A stretch of DNA of 64,000 bases from Octopus sinensis (Eukaryota). The number at the start of each line of letters is the position of its first letter. Position 1 is the first letter of the stretch. The stretch is taken from contig NC_043014.1 of assembly GCF_006345805.1 (NCBI RefSeq), positions 4,278,001 through 4,342,000 of the forward strand, given 5' to 3'. A program made the translations under genes and the position numbers. This document shows, piece after piece, positions 29,116 to 64,000 of the stretch. The notes beneath the pieces are model-generated. The model did no database searches. It had not been told where the DNA came from and was given only the letters and a program-made list of their open reading frames with translations.

Positions 29116-31566
29116 CAAAAAGCAATAAAGATTCAAGTTAATTTAAATGAATTTACTTGAATATGGTACCTAACTTAGATGCACCAAAAAAACTATACTG
29201 ATTTAACAATACAGTAATGTGGGGTGATTATAAGCGAGAATGAAGCAACAAGAATGGATAGGTTTTTAGTACGATCGTTTCATACAAGGACAGGTTTTAT
29301 TAAAAGTTGCAAAAATTACAGCATATAAACGTGTCCCGTACTCATCAGCTAAAATACATGTGAGTTCTCTAGACATTCTAGTGGTTGAGGCTATACTCAT
29401 GAAGTAATGTAGATAATTAAGTAACATAAACAGATTTCAAAAGTTCATTAAAGTTCTTTAAAGATGATGTACAGTCTTATCACAGAATTTCAAAAAAGTC
29501 TTAATAGCATCACAGAATTTCAAAAAAGTCTTAATAGCATCACAGAGAAGGTGACCCGATCCATAGTGCACATATGAATTTCCAGAGATATGATGAGGGG
29601 TTACATACTCACAGAAAGCAAATTTATCCATTGTCAATTACAACGAGGTGGGTTTCAATTCCTGCTTATTAGCATTACAGAGAGGGTGAGTTAATCCTTT
29701 GTATAGATGCACAATTTCCAATGGTGTAGGTGTAAATTTCCAAGGAATTTCATATTCACCGGCGATAAATTTATCAATGGTTGAACACAATGAGGTAGGT
29801 ATCAAATCTTGCTATATGAATAGGTATTTGTCACATTAATCAGATTACTGCTATTTACAAGAGGCTGTAGCTATTTAACTTTTAAGGCTGAAGAGCTTAC
29901 TAGAGCTGTATAGAATAGAAGAGGGAAGGGCATAGAAGAAAAGAGAGAAAATAAAATAGAGAGAAAATAAAAGAGGAGGGAGCAAAAAAGGGGGGGGGAA
30001 AGGGGGACTCAAAGAGAAGAGAAAAGGAAAAAGAGGATAAGAAGAAGAAAAAGAAAAAAGAGAAAAGAGAAAGAAATAGGGAAGGAAGGGAAAAAAAAGA
30101 GAAAAAGAAGAAAAAAGAAAAAAGAAGAAAGAAGAAAGAAAAAGAAAAAAGTTTCTAGTTATACAGAAGAATTGGTAGACGACAAGTCTGGTTTTAGCTT
30201 ACAGGCATCTAGGAATTAGGGGAGAATATTATTCTTTGACCAGTTAAAACAGCTAATTTATTGCTGTTGAAACCAGCTATGAATTTAAAGAGAATCTAAA
30301 GAGATAACACAGTTAGGGGTTTCGGGGTCAGATGCTAAAATCACCAGAAAATACATTAGGGAAAACTAGGTATAATCTTATCAAAAAGTCATTAAAATTT
30401 ACTTATTTAATTTATTCATTTTATTGTCTTAAGGAGTTGCCGTTATTATTCATACATTGACGGACTACAGGTCAAGTCTTAGAAGATCATTTAAAAGGTG
30501 TTAGGGGATTGTCTATCATAATGAAGATAATCATATTATCACCGAGGGAATAGTCTCATTTATTTAATTTTGAAGTAGAATTATGGGTCTATAGTAACTC
30601 ATTCTAATTAATTAGAGTTATGCTAATTAAATTAGATTAAGTTGGGAACTAAAATTAAAAATTACAATTAAGATTTAAAATTAAGAATTTAAAAAATTTT
30701 TTAAAATTTTAAAATTGTGAGTTTGAAATTAAATAAAGCCTCAATTAAGCAGCGAATAAGTGCTATTCATTTCCCTGTTCTCAAAAAACTGATGCAGATA
30801 TAGGACAAAGATAACTGTAGTGTGAGAACTCTTATTTATCTACTTAAAGCAGTACTATACCAGTAGAAAACAGGTTATATCAATCTATCTAGTTACGAAT
30901 ATTCTAATCATTTAAAATATTTTAAAGTCTTCAATTTAGCGTTTTTCGTCCACACGTTAGTAAACATGACTTCTTTTAAGTGAAAAACTGTAATGAATGT
31001 TTCCGTTATTTCATATATAATTTTGCTTAATATCTTTCTTACTTGATATATTCTTACCAATTGTAGGTGTAGTTGGTGGACAAAAGTATGACCAAACTGG
31101 TGGCGGAAGTAATCTCTCATGTCTACCTAACGATCCCATTTGGGCCAATTATACGACAGAAGTTGAAAAAGGTGGTTACATTTATGGCAGTGAATATCAA
31201 TTAGATTTATACCCAACTAAGAAACTCTTTTCTTTCGCTAACGCTGAATCAATTCATAATCGCAACGTTCCGTGCGCTGTCTGTTTGACACGACAACCTG
31301 CTGTTGTTATGATGTTACCAGCCAGGACACAGTGTTACCCTGGTTGGACAGCTGAGTATTCAGGATATTTGATGAGCGAACGTCATACTCATAAGGGCAG
31401 ACATGAATATGTGTGTGTGGACTATGCACCAGAAGCTGATCCAGCAGGTTACAAGAACGAAAATGGAGCTCTATTATATTTCGTTCAGGCTGCTTGTGGT
31501 TCATTGCCATGTCCACCGTATGTCAATGGTCGAGAATTAACCTGCGTTGTGTGCAGTAAATATTGA
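16479..31566 (+). CDS. Paralog U2 (chimeric): signal-anchor + short-chain collagen C4-like protein, ~256 aa
   Basis: Exon 1 16479-16622. Two alternative 52-nt exon-2 copies (20733-20784 and 24922-24973). Exon 3 27464-27538 ([26 protein letters not shown]). Exon 4 31067-31566 is open to TGA. All junctions are GT-AG with phases 0, 1, 1. The frame is intact only if one exon-2 copy is used. Confidence 0.7.
20150..20640 (-). mobile_element. Helitron relic (U2 intron 1)
   Basis: Paralogous copy, reading [20 protein letters not shown]. Confidence 0.8.
21170..22976 (-). mobile_element. Degenerate RTE-clade LINE relic with APE and RT remnants (U2)
   Basis: Contains [10 protein letters not shown]. 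It retains the ~0.67-kb endonuclease segment missing in U1 and U4 and is truncated at 22976. Confidence 0.7.
22977..23010 (+). other. Remnant of exon-1 3' end and donor site of a decapitated, more divergent paralog
   Basis: atcaaaaacg|gtaagtcatggattttgtgttaa matches the exon 1/intron 1 junction of the other units. It is fused directly to intron-2 RTE sequence (...gtgctccca). Confidence 0.8.
23100..23380. repeat. (GATA)n/(GACA)n microsatellite
   Basis: Seen directly. Confidence 0.95.
23400..23964 (+). mobile_element. Internally deleted mariner (Tc1/mariner) DNA transposon
   Basis: TIRs ttgggttgtccggaaa / tttccaggcaacccaa are flanked by TA on both sides (23398-99 and 23965-66). ORF 23582-23839 fuses a transposase N-terminus ([15 protein letters not shown]) to a C-terminus with the [15 protein letters not shown] motif (mariner YSPDLAPxD). 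Confidence 0.9.
25330..26900 (-). mobile_element. More diverged copy of the same RTE relic (decapitated paralog)
   Basis: Colinear but visibly more diverged homology to 21170-22900. Confidence 0.6.
29264..29354 (-). ncRNA. Type I hammerhead ribozyme motif (family A)
   Basis: Minus strand reads TTTTAG-CTGATGA-GTACGGGACACGTTT...AAACCTGTCCTTGTAT-GAAA-CGATCG-TA-CTAAAA. This gives a 6-bp stem I, a ~15-bp stem II, a palindromic stem III and a GUA triplet. The closing stem II pair is G-U. Confidence 0.75.
29910..30150. repeat. Polypurine (A/G) tract
   Basis: About 240 nt almost free of pyrimidines on the + strand. Confidence 0.9.
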
Positions 31567-33260
31567 ATAGAAATTTACGTTCGTTTCTATATGAAAATTT
31601 ATGTCGGCGAATCATAAAATATAATATAATAAAGCAACATATACGTTTCTTGTAATTGTGTTTCGCAGTATTTTATCCGACTAATATATGTCGTTAAATA
31701 AATTGCTGCTACAAGTTTTCAGAAAATATTTAAAAACGAAACAACAGAGACGTCATAGAATGTGACAAATAGCTTAACAGAACGATGTAATCCTCAGGGA
31801 ATGATTCTAGAATACATTTTATGTGGTTCAGTTTATCAAATTTAAATGTTGAAATAAAATGATGATTCGTTTAAATGTGTGTTGTATTCCGTCTTCAAAT
31901 GAAAACAATCCCCAAATGAAACACCTCCGTACAAATATATCACGCTTTCATGATCAATCTTCAGAAAACACGATAAAAGCTTATAACTAACATCACTAAA
32001 TCATGATGGGTGAATAAAAAAAATACTCCCATACGAATCATTGTAACTACAATCGATGCGATGAAAGCTCTGCAATCCAATCGCGGATATTACCTAATAA
32101 AGGATATTTGATATCCACTGAAGAAATACCACAAAATGTTAACTACCTAACTACTTGTCAGGTTACTAAAACATTGAAGTTTTCACAAAACACTTTCGAC
32201 AAGGGTACATGTACACGCCCCACGATTAACTATTTCCAACCTACATTCACATATTCCCGCTTTTCTTCAAAAATCACACACACACAGCCTCGCATCACAT
32301 TACACACGCAGCCTCTCATCGTTCCCTGAAATCTGATGTGCCAAAATAAAATATGAAACCACCAAGAAATATGAGTAGACTTCAGGAACAGCATCAACCG
32401 AATCTACAGCAACACCACAAATCATCGAGTTCAACAAATTATCTCCGTCTGTAACATAAAACTATCAAACTCGCAGAAGAGGAACTTGCTTCGAGATACA
32501 TGCATACAATAACTGTAACACACATAAACGACTCAGTAAGGAAAGGAAGACGACTTATAAAATATACATTAGGTGGAATCAGTGCAACATGTTGAGTCTT
32601 TCACACTCTACCCAGCATGATTGCTCCTTGTATGTGGGAGTTTGTAGAATGGCTGCCAGATAAACGAAGGTATCCGTGGAAAGAGGGATCTGTGGGTGGC
32701 AGCACGTTTTTTGTCCGATTAATTGCGTGCCATAAGAATGCTCGATTGTGAAAAAGCTAGAGAAAAAGAATAATAATTAAGTAATATGAAAGCACGAAAT
32801 GCAAATTGACAAATGAATATATGGAAACATTCAACATGGCGTTTCCAGTGAACAGTATTAGCGCTCAGTATTAGGCATAAGCAATTTTTGGGTTCGTTAA
32901 AATGTGCTAACGGCATATTTCAAACTCTAAACGCAAATTCTGTGCAAAAAGTTGCAAAAACAGCATGTCAGTCCAGTGCTGCTCCCTATCGGGTTCCAGT
33001 TCAGCAGTCATCAAGAGAAAATACCGAAGAGGGAAATACCTGGACAAACTTAAAGCCATACCTTTAACTTAAACATAGTCAACAACAACGAGTAAGCGAC
33101 GCCATTAGAGCGCCAGGCTGGAGTCTGTCGTGAGTTACCTCCCTTCGGTATTTCTCTTTGATAAATACTTCGCTAGAGGAGTTGACTTCAACCTTGTGCC
33201 CCAACAGTAACTGCGGTCGCTCGTACGAGCCTGCATTTTCCCCGCATATTTGTGTGTATG

Positions 33261-33304
<44 letters not shown>

Positions 33305-33943
33305 ATGTGTCCGTGTGTGTGTATGTGTGTGTGTGTGTGTGTCTCATCGTGTGTGTGTGTCAGTGTGTGTGAGTCACGGTGTGTGGGTCAGTGTGTGTCA
33401 GTGTGTGTGTCAGTGTGTGTGTGTGTGTATCAGTGTGTATGTGTGTGTGTGCGTCAGTGTATGTGTGTGTGTGTGAATGTGTGTGTGTGAATGTGTGTGT
33501 GTGTGTTAATGTGTGTATGTGTGTATGAGTATGTCAGTGTGTGTGTGTGTGTGTGTCAGTGTGTGTGTGTGTATGTCATTGTGTGTATGTGTGTCAGTGT
33601 GTGTGTGCGTGCGTGTGTGTATGTCAGTGTGTGTGTGTGTCAGTGTGTGTGTGTGTGTGTATGTCAGTGTGTTCGTGTGTGTGTCAGTGTATGTGTGTGT
33701 GTATGCCAGTGTGTGTGTGTCAGTGTGTGTGTGTGAGAGTGTGTGTGTGTGTGTGAGTCAGTATGTATGTGTGTTTGTATTTGTGTGTGTATCGGTGTGT
33801 GTGTGTCAGTGTGTGTGTGTTTCTCAGTGTGCGTGTGTGTGTGTGTCAGTGTGTGTGTGTGTATGTATGTCAGTGTGTGCGTGTGTATGTGTGTCTGTGT
33901 GTGTGTGTGTGTGTCAGTGTGTGAGTGTGTGTGTGTGTGTCAG

Positions 33944-33974
<31 letters not shown>

Positions 33975-33995
33975 TTTGCGTGCGTGTGCGTGTGG

Positions 33996-34034
<39 letters not shown>

Positions 34035-34605
34035 TGTGTGTGTGTCTGTGTACTCGTCTGTGTGTGTGTGTTTCTCAGTGTGTGTGTGTGTGTGTGTGTC
34101 AGTGTGTGTGTGTTTCTCAGTGTGTGTGTCAGTGTGTGTCAGTGTGTGTGTGTGTGTGTCGGTGTGTGTGTGTCTTTGTGTCTGTGTATTCGTCGGTTGA
34201 ACGAAATGCTTCTCACACTGAATATTAAAACATTTTCCCAAGAATAACAAATAAAATTAAATAACAACATTAGTAAATAAATATATCATAATATATCCAG
34301 AAACAGGAATCATTTCACTTTACACGTGTCTCTCATTCATCAAAATATTTTGCTAATTATTGTGTGACAATATCAAACCATCTCTTTCCAATAATTAAAC
34401 CTGTCAGACAAGTTCACACCCGCTTTTACAGTTCCACCAATCGCATTGCTTCATAAATTTACGATAAGATCTATGCCAGAGCTGGGTTGTTGTGCGCTCA
34501 ATAAATACGTGGAATTCAGTTACAGGTCTTCAGCTTAAACCTCGCATCTCGATCTTTTGTTGAAGCCACACGAAGTATCACGTACGACCGACAACTGTCA
34601 CCAGA

Positions 34606-44752
<10,147 letters not shown>

Positions 44753-46250
44753 ATAGAAATTAAGTTCGTTTCCATATGAAAATATGTCTGTGAATTACAA
44801 TAAATAACATAAATTTTCAATTTTGTTACCTAATATTTTTTTTAAAGTATGTCTATCGTTACAATAAACTGTTGTACTAGTTTACAGAAGATATTCAAAC
44901 AATACAAAAGAGGCGACGTAGAATGCCAGAAATATCATCAAAAACAAGAAAAATCTAAATCTGTCGAAATGATTCTAGAAAACATTTTGTAAGATTTCAG
45001 TTTATCAAACTTATCGTTGAAATAAAATGTTATTTTGTTTAACAGTATTTTGTCTTCTGTCTCATGATTCAACAAACCCCAAATAAAGTACCACCATAGA
45101 ATTATATCAGCTTTTCATGCACAGCCTTAGAAAATCTAATACTCGACGCTACTATCTCAGACATCTTGGTTTTCAAATTATAAGTTGGATTCTGACAAGG
45201 AGCCATGAACCGCTACATTACTTAGCACAGAACGTAACTGATTCTTTCAACAACAACCAGATACTTCCACACAATCCATTCTATTAGCCGTTATTAATCA
45301 GGAAAGCTTTCCGTTCCATTCCTAACCCATATCTTATAAAACCTATTTATCGTCTACTTTAGAAATATCACAAAATGTTCAATTTAAGCTCTCTGAGAAT
45401 GTGGAATTTACACGATCAAAACCTCAAAAGACAGTATAAATGAGTATTGGTCCTGCCAACCTAAATCTATATCACAAAATTCCCACCTCTCTTCAAGATA
45501 AGATACCAAATGAAACTCGATGCACACAACATACACGTCATATACTAAACGCTGATATACAAAAATAAGAAATGAAATCAACCAGAAAAATTGCCTCATT
45601 TCGACAGCAGAGAACATCAAATACGACGATTTCTTTCACTCATCTACGTAAACATACCAGAACCGAAGAAAGGATGGATCCTAGAAGCAGAATACATTTC
45701 ATGCGAAACGAATACAACACCCATAAAAGTGAGAGTAAAGAGAGCAAATATAGTCAGGGCAAGCACGGATGCTGTGTGTAAGAAGGCTGAGATGTTGTGA
45801 CCGTCACGTTATATCCAGTAGGATTCATGACACTATGTTGGAGTGTGTCGAATATTTGTTAGATAAACGAAGGTTTCCGTTGACAGCATCAAGCTGCAAT
45901 AAAGATTAAAGATTATTAATGTTTACTATCCCACTATTATTAGTCTAATGGGTAAATCTGCATTCGCTTCTCTAGATTACAAATATTTTCCTGGTTGTAA
46001 ATCGTAAACAATTGCAGAGAATACGGACGCTGGTAGATCTTCAAATTCATCTTTTGATTCAGCGGCATAATTAGAGAGTTAAAACGACCGCCAGGTGTTT
46101 AAGCTGTACAGAGCATGCGCAGCTGCATACGCAACCCGCCATTACAATAGGAAAAATTATGGGACTTTGTTGAAATCTGCCATGGCTGTAAGATTTATTT
46201 TGTAGCTTATTTCAAATTACCCTTATTTCGAGGGCCAAACCAAGAGTGTT

Positions 46251-46330
<80 letters not shown>

Positions 46331-46357
46331 ACAGAGAAACACACACGCACACACACA

Positions 46358-46388
<31 letters not shown>

Positions 46389-46749
46389 CTTACACACATA
46401 CATATATATATTAAATTATGTCAAACTATATCTGAGGGGTCTAATATGCTTCATCTAAGAAAATTTAATCATAACTATGGAATTCCGTCGTACATATTCA
46501 GTCCATACGGAAGGTGCACTTGCGAATTGAGTTTCAAATGGGAGACACTGTACCTGTATGTTTTGCTATGATTTATAAAACAAGAAGAAAAATATTCAAA
46601 GCTAGTGATAATGACTAGCTAAAAATATGTATGAATGTCATTATTTGGTTTTAATAGAATATTTCTGGCCAACAGAAAGAGAGACGTCTTCTAACTTAGT
46701 TCCAAGTATCTTTCATTGGAATTTCAACAACATGAACAGGATATTTTTG

Positions 46750-47275
46750 TGTGTATGTATGTATGTATGTATGTATGTATGTATGTATGTATGTATGTAT
46801 GTATGCATGCATGTATGTATGTATGTATGTATGCATGTATGTATGTATGTATGTATGTATGTATGTATGTATGTATGCATGTATGTATGTATGCATGTAT
46901 GTATGTATGTATGTATGTATGTATGTATGTATGTATGTGTGTATGTATGTATGTATGTATGTATGCATGCATGTATGTATGTATGTATGTATGCATGTAT
47001 GTATGTATGTATGTATGTATGTATGTATGTATGTATGCATGCATGCATGTATGTATGTATGTATGCATGTATGTATGTATGTATGTATGCATGTATGTGT
47101 GTATGTATGTATATATGTATGTATGCCTGTATGTATGTATGTATGTATATATGCATGTATGTATGTATGCATGCATGTATGCATGTATGTATGTTTGTAT
47201 GTATGTATGTATGTATGTATATATGCTTGCATGTATGTATGTATGTATGTATGTATGTATTCATGTATGTATGTC
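46750..47275. repeat. (ATGT)n tetranucleotide array; a second array lies at 47825-48365
   Basis: Seen directly. Confidence 0.95.
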
Positions 47276-47278
47276 AGG

Positions 47279-47660
47279 TCACTTTCGATTGCTACTGGTA
47301 ACATGCAACCCAGTACAACCTGTTGCATTGTCGGGTCGTCGGCGACTAATCCGGCAACCCCACCAAGCTTGCTTCGTGAGGAGGGAGTTTATTGGACACC
47401 CTGCGGGATGAAAAACAAAACCCATCAAAGAGCGGAGGAACTCTTGAGATTCAACGGCCATCCAATATATGTCTTAAGGCTGTATCATGCGCGGGGACAT
47501 AGAAATAATCGGACTGAATACCCGATCGCGCGGTTAAACCATTGGGAGTGAAGGACTCCTAGACTTTGTTAGGGCATCCTTCTAGGAGAAGGTAACTCAG
47601 GTAACTTGGATAACTCCGATATAAAATCTGCGGCTCGGTGGTTACCGATGATGTTGACTT
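47279..47660. mobile_element. Unclassified GC-richer interspersed sequence between two (ATGT)n arrays, possibly a LINE/SINE 5' region
   Basis: Compositional shift and microsatellite flanks only; no motif was positively identified. Confidence 0.25.
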
Positions 47661-48533
47661 GTTCTTCTTTTCGGATTATGGCTGCTGTTGCTTAGTGACT
47701 GGGATTGACACAGTGCACAGCCTTTCCTCACTATAAAAAAAATCTTCATGCACAGGCATTGCAAGATAAAAACATTGATTAAGCTTCGTGCAATACCCAT
47801 ACTCGATAACGAGGGGGCAGCCACCAAGTTTGTATGTATGGATGGATGTAAGTATGTATGCATGTATGTATGGATGTAAGTATGTATGTATATATATGTA
47901 TGTATGTGTATATGTGTCTATCGATATATACATGCTTATATTCAAACATACATGCATGTATACATGTATACATACATGTATGTATAAATATATGCGTACA
48001 TGTATGTATGTATGTATGAAATTATGTATGTATGTATGTATGTATGTGTGTATGTATGTATGTATGTATGTGTATGTATGTATGTATGTATGTATGTGTG
48101 TATGTTTGTGTGTATGTATGTATATATATGTGTGTGTATGTAAGTATATATGTATGTATGGGGGTATGTATGTATATACGTATGTATATACGTGAGTGTG
48201 TATGTATGCATGTATGTATGTATGTATGTATGTATGTATGTATGTATGTATGTATGTATGTATGCATGTATGTATGTATGTATGTATGTATGTGTGTATG
48301 TATGTATGTTTGTATGTATGCTTGTATGTATGTGTGCATGTATGTATGTATGTATGTATGTATCGGTGGGTGGGAATTGGTAGGTTTTGATTTTGATATT
48401 CACATAAAACTTTTCTAATCAGATTAACGCTTGTTGCTAAGAATCCAATCCGAACAGCGGACTTCATTAGTTTAATGTGTGGCTCGAACGAAATACTTCC
48501 CACACTGAATATTAAAACAGTGTGTGAGTGTGT

Positions 48534-48567
<34 letters not shown>

Positions 48568-49346
48568 CAGTGTATGTGTGCGTGTGGGAGTGTGTGTGTG
48601 TGTGTCAGTGTGTGTGTGTGTGTGTCAGTGTATGTGTGTGTCTCAGTGTGTGTGCGTGTGTGTGTCAGCGTGTGTGTGTGTGTGTCAGTGTGTGTGTGTC
48701 AATGTGTATGTGTGCGTGAGTGTTTGTGTATGCGTAAGAAAATGTATCTGTGTTTGTGTGTCAGTGTGGGTTGGTGTGTGTGGGTATGTGTGTTGATGTG
48801 TGTGTATGTCAGTGGGTGTGTGTGTGTGCGTGTGTGTGTCTGTGTGTCAGTGTTTGTGGGTGTGTGTGTTGGTGTTTGTGTCAGTGTGTGGTTGTGTGTG
48901 TGTGTGTGTGTGTGTCTTTGTGTCTATGTATTCGTCTGTTGAACGAAATACTTCCCGCCCTGAAAATTAAAACGGTTTCCCAATAATAACTAAAAATTTA
49001 AATAACAACATCAGTAAATAAATATATCATAATATCTCCAGAAACAGGAATCATTTCACTTTACACGTGTCTCTCATTCATCAAAATATTTTGCTAATTA
49101 TTGTGTGACAATATCAAACCATCTCTTTCCAATATTTAAACCTGTCAGACAAGTTCACACCCGCTTTTACGGTTCCACCAATCGCATTGGTTCATAAATT
49201 TACGATAAGATCTATGCCCGAGCTGGGTTGTTGTGCGCTCAATAAATACGTGGAATTCAGTTACAGGTCTTCAGCTTAAACCTCGCATCTCGATCTTTTG
49301 TTGAAGCCACACGAAGTATCACGTACGGCCGACAACTGTCACCAGA

Positions 49347-60882
<11,536 letters not shown>

Positions 60883-63475
60883 ATCGAATTTACATTCGTT
60901 TTTACATGAAAATTTATGTTGACGAATCATAAAATATAATATAATAAAGCAACATATACGTTTCTTGTAATTGTGTTTCGCAGTATTTTATCCAACTAAT
61001 ATATGTTGTTAAATAAATTGCTGCTACAAGTTTTCAGAAAATATTCAAAACAAAACAACAGAGACGTCATAGAATGTGACAAATAGTTTAAGAGAACGAT
61101 GTAATCCTCAGAGAATGATTCTAGAATACATTGTGTGAGGTTCAGTTTATCAAATTTAAATGTTGAAATAAAATGATGATTCGTTTAAATGTGTGTTGTA
61201 TTCCGTCTTAAAATGCAAACAATCCCCAAATGAAACACCTCCGTACAAATATATCACCCTTTCATGATCAATCTTCAGAAAACACGATAAAAGCTTATAA
61301 CTAACATCACTAAATCATGATGGGTTAGTAAAAAACAACTCACATACGTATCATTGTAACTACAATCGATGCGATGAAAGCTCTGCAATCCAATCGCGGA
61401 TATTACCTAATAAAGGATATTTGATATCCACTGAAGAAATACCACAAAATGTTGACTACCTAACTAATTGTCAGGTTACTAACACATTGAAGTTTTCACG
61501 AAACACTTTCGACAAGGGTACAAGTACACGTCCCACGAAGAACTATTTTCAACCTACATTCACGTATTCCCGCTTTTCTACAAAAATCACACACACACAG
61601 CTTCTTATCGTTCCCTGAAAACTGATGTGCCAAAATAAAATGTGAAACCACCAAGAAATAAGAGTAGACTTCAAGAACGGCATCAACCGAATCTACTGCA
61701 ACACCACAAAACATCGAGTTCAACAAATTATCTCCGTCTGTAACATAAAACTATGAAACTCGCAGAAGAGGAACTTGCTTCGAGATACATGCATACAATA
61801 ACTGTAACACACATAAACGACTTAGTAAGGAAAGGAAGACGACTTATAAAATATAAATTTGGTGGAATCAGTGCAACATGTTGAGTCTTTCACACTATAC
61901 CCAGCATGATTGCTCCTTGTATGTGGGAGTTTGTAGAATGGCTGCCAGATAAACGAAGGTATCCGTGGAAAGAGGGATCTGTGGGTGGCAGCACGTTTTT
62001 TGTCCGATTCATTGCGTGCCATAAGAATGCTCGATTGTGAAAAAGCTAGAGAAAAAGAATAATAATTAAGTAATATGAAAGCACGAAATGCAAATTGACA
62101 AATGAATATATGGAAACATTCAACATGGCGTTTCCAGTGAACAGTATTAGCGCTCAGTATTAGGCATAAGCAATTTTTGGGTTCGTTAAAATGTGCTAAT
62201 GGCATATTTCAAACTCTAAAGGCAAATTCTGTGCAGAAAGCGGCAAAAACAGCATATCAGTCCAGTGCTGCTCCCTATCGGGTTCCAGTTCAGCCGTTAT
62301 CAAAAGAAAATACCGAAGAGGGGAATATCTGGACAAACTTAAAGCCATAGCTTTAACTTAAACATAGTCAACAACAACGAGTAAGTGACGCCATTAGAGC
62401 GCCAGGCTGGAGTCTGTCGTGAGTTACCTACCTTCGGTATTTCTCTTTGATAAATACTTCGCTAGAGGAGTTGACCTCAACCTTGTGCCCCAACAGAAAC
62501 TGCGGTCGCACGTACGAGCCCGCATTTTCCCCGCATACTTGTGTGTATGTTAGTGTGTGTGTGTGTGTGTGCATGTGTCCATGTGTGTGTATGTGTGTGT
62601 GTGTGTCTCAGCGTGTGTGTGTGTCAGTTTGTGTGAGTCACAGTGTGTGGGTCAGTGTGTGTGTGTGTGTATGTCAGTGTGTGTGTTTGTGTGTGTGTCA
62701 GTGTGTGTGTGTGTGTGTGTATGTCAGTGTGTGTGTTTGTGTCAGTGTATGTGTGTGTGTGTGAGTGTGTGTGTGTCAGTGTCTGTGTGTGTGTGTGTCA
62801 GTGTGTATGTGTGTTTGTATTTGTGTGTCTGTGTATCGGTGTGTGTGTGTGTGTGCGTGTGTGTGTGTGTCAGTGTGTGTGTGTGTGTTGGTGTTTGTGT
62901 CAGTGTGTGTGTGTGTGTGTTTGTGTGTGTGCGTGTGTGTGTCTGTGTGTCAGTGTGTGTGTGTGTGTGTGTTGGTGTTTGTGTCAGTGTGTGCTTGTGT
63001 GTGTGTGTGTGTGTGTGTCAGTGTGTGTCAGTGTGTGTGTGTCTTTGTGTCTGTGTATTTGTTGATTGAACGAAATACTTCCCACACTGAATATTAAAAC
63101 AGTTTCCCAAGAATAAACAAATAAAATTAAATAACAACATTAGTAAATAAATATATCATAATATATCCAGAAACAGGAATCATTTCACTTTACACGAGTC
63201 TCTCATTCATCAAAATATTTTGCTAATTATTGTGTGACAATATCAAACCATCTCTTTCCAATAATTAAACCTGTCAGAAAAGTTCACGCCCACTTTTACA
63301 GTTCCACCAATCGCATTGGTTCATAAATTTACGATAAGATCTATGCCAGAGCTGGGTTGTTGTGCGCTCAATAAATACGTGGAATTCAGTTACAGGTCTT
63401 CAGCTTAAACCTCGCATCTCGATCTTTTGTTGAAGCCACACGAAGTATCACGTACGACCGACAACTGTCACCAGA

Positions 63476-63619
63476 ATGGATTTCGCACAACTGTCCAGGA
63501 ATATTTCGCAGCGTTATTCCATTTCTTCTCTCATAGCTTTTGGGGTTCTTCTCGTTCTGACGATCGTGATTCTTCATCAAGATTCAAGAATAGGAAAAAT
63601 GGAAGAGAAATCAAAAACG
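63476..63619 (+). CDS. Exon 1 of paralog U5 (gene continues beyond the window)
   Basis: The 144-nt exon is near-identical to the other exon-1 copies and is followed by a gtaagt donor. Confidence 0.85.
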
Positions 63620-64000
63620 GTAAGTCATGGATTTTGTGTTAATATATGTATGTCTTTATGTATTTATATATGCATGTATGTATGTATGCATTTACGTATG
63701 TATGTATTAATATGTGGATGTATGTACGTACGGATGGATGGATGGATGTAAGGATGTATGCATGAACCATATACATATGTTCCTATGGAGCACACACACA
63801 CACATAAGATCACACACGTAATCACACACGAACACACAGGCGCACACACCTAAACATACATATATATACATATACATATATTCGTATATATAATATACAT
63901 ATATATGTATATATAAATATACATATATATGAATATATTAGCGCGTGAAAACATATAGATATATATATACAAACAAATATATGCGTGTGTATCTATCACT

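Larger units (their letters stand above)
28800..30940 (-). mobile_element. Degenerate insertion in U2 intron 3 carrying hammerhead A (probable decayed Penelope-like element)
   Basis: Sequence is absent from the other paralogs, starts after a (TA)n tract, and contains the hammerhead, a long purine tract and a hairpin. No recognisable ORF; boundaries are approximate. Confidence 0.4.

Overview
AT-rich, microsatellite-dense animal genomic DNA. The SINE types and repeat content suggest an octopus or other coleoid cephalopod (inference). The window is a tandem array of about six + strand paralogs of one 4-exon gene, with exon-1 starts at 4845, 16479, 34606, 49347 and 63476 plus a 5'-truncated copy ending at 2034. 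The gene encodes a ~255-aa predicted type II membrane (signal-anchor) protein whose ectodomain is a 10-cysteine 'short-chain collagen C4' / spongin short-chain-collagen-related (NC1-like) domain, with no Gly-X-Y helix. The paralogs are mosaic, with signs of unequal crossover or conversion, and differ mainly in a few short hypervariable patches. Introns carry old Helitron and RTE-LINE relics, tRNA-derived SINEs and an internally deleted mariner. Most notably, the introns contain four different sequence families of type I hammerhead-ribozyme motifs with a palindromic minimal stem III and a long stem II. They lie in non-coding Penelope-like/retrozyme-like insertions at or near (TA)n tracts, arranged as direct or inverted repeats. 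All coordinates and alignments were read by eye and no database search was run. Nearly all ORFs in the supplied track are microsatellite artefacts.
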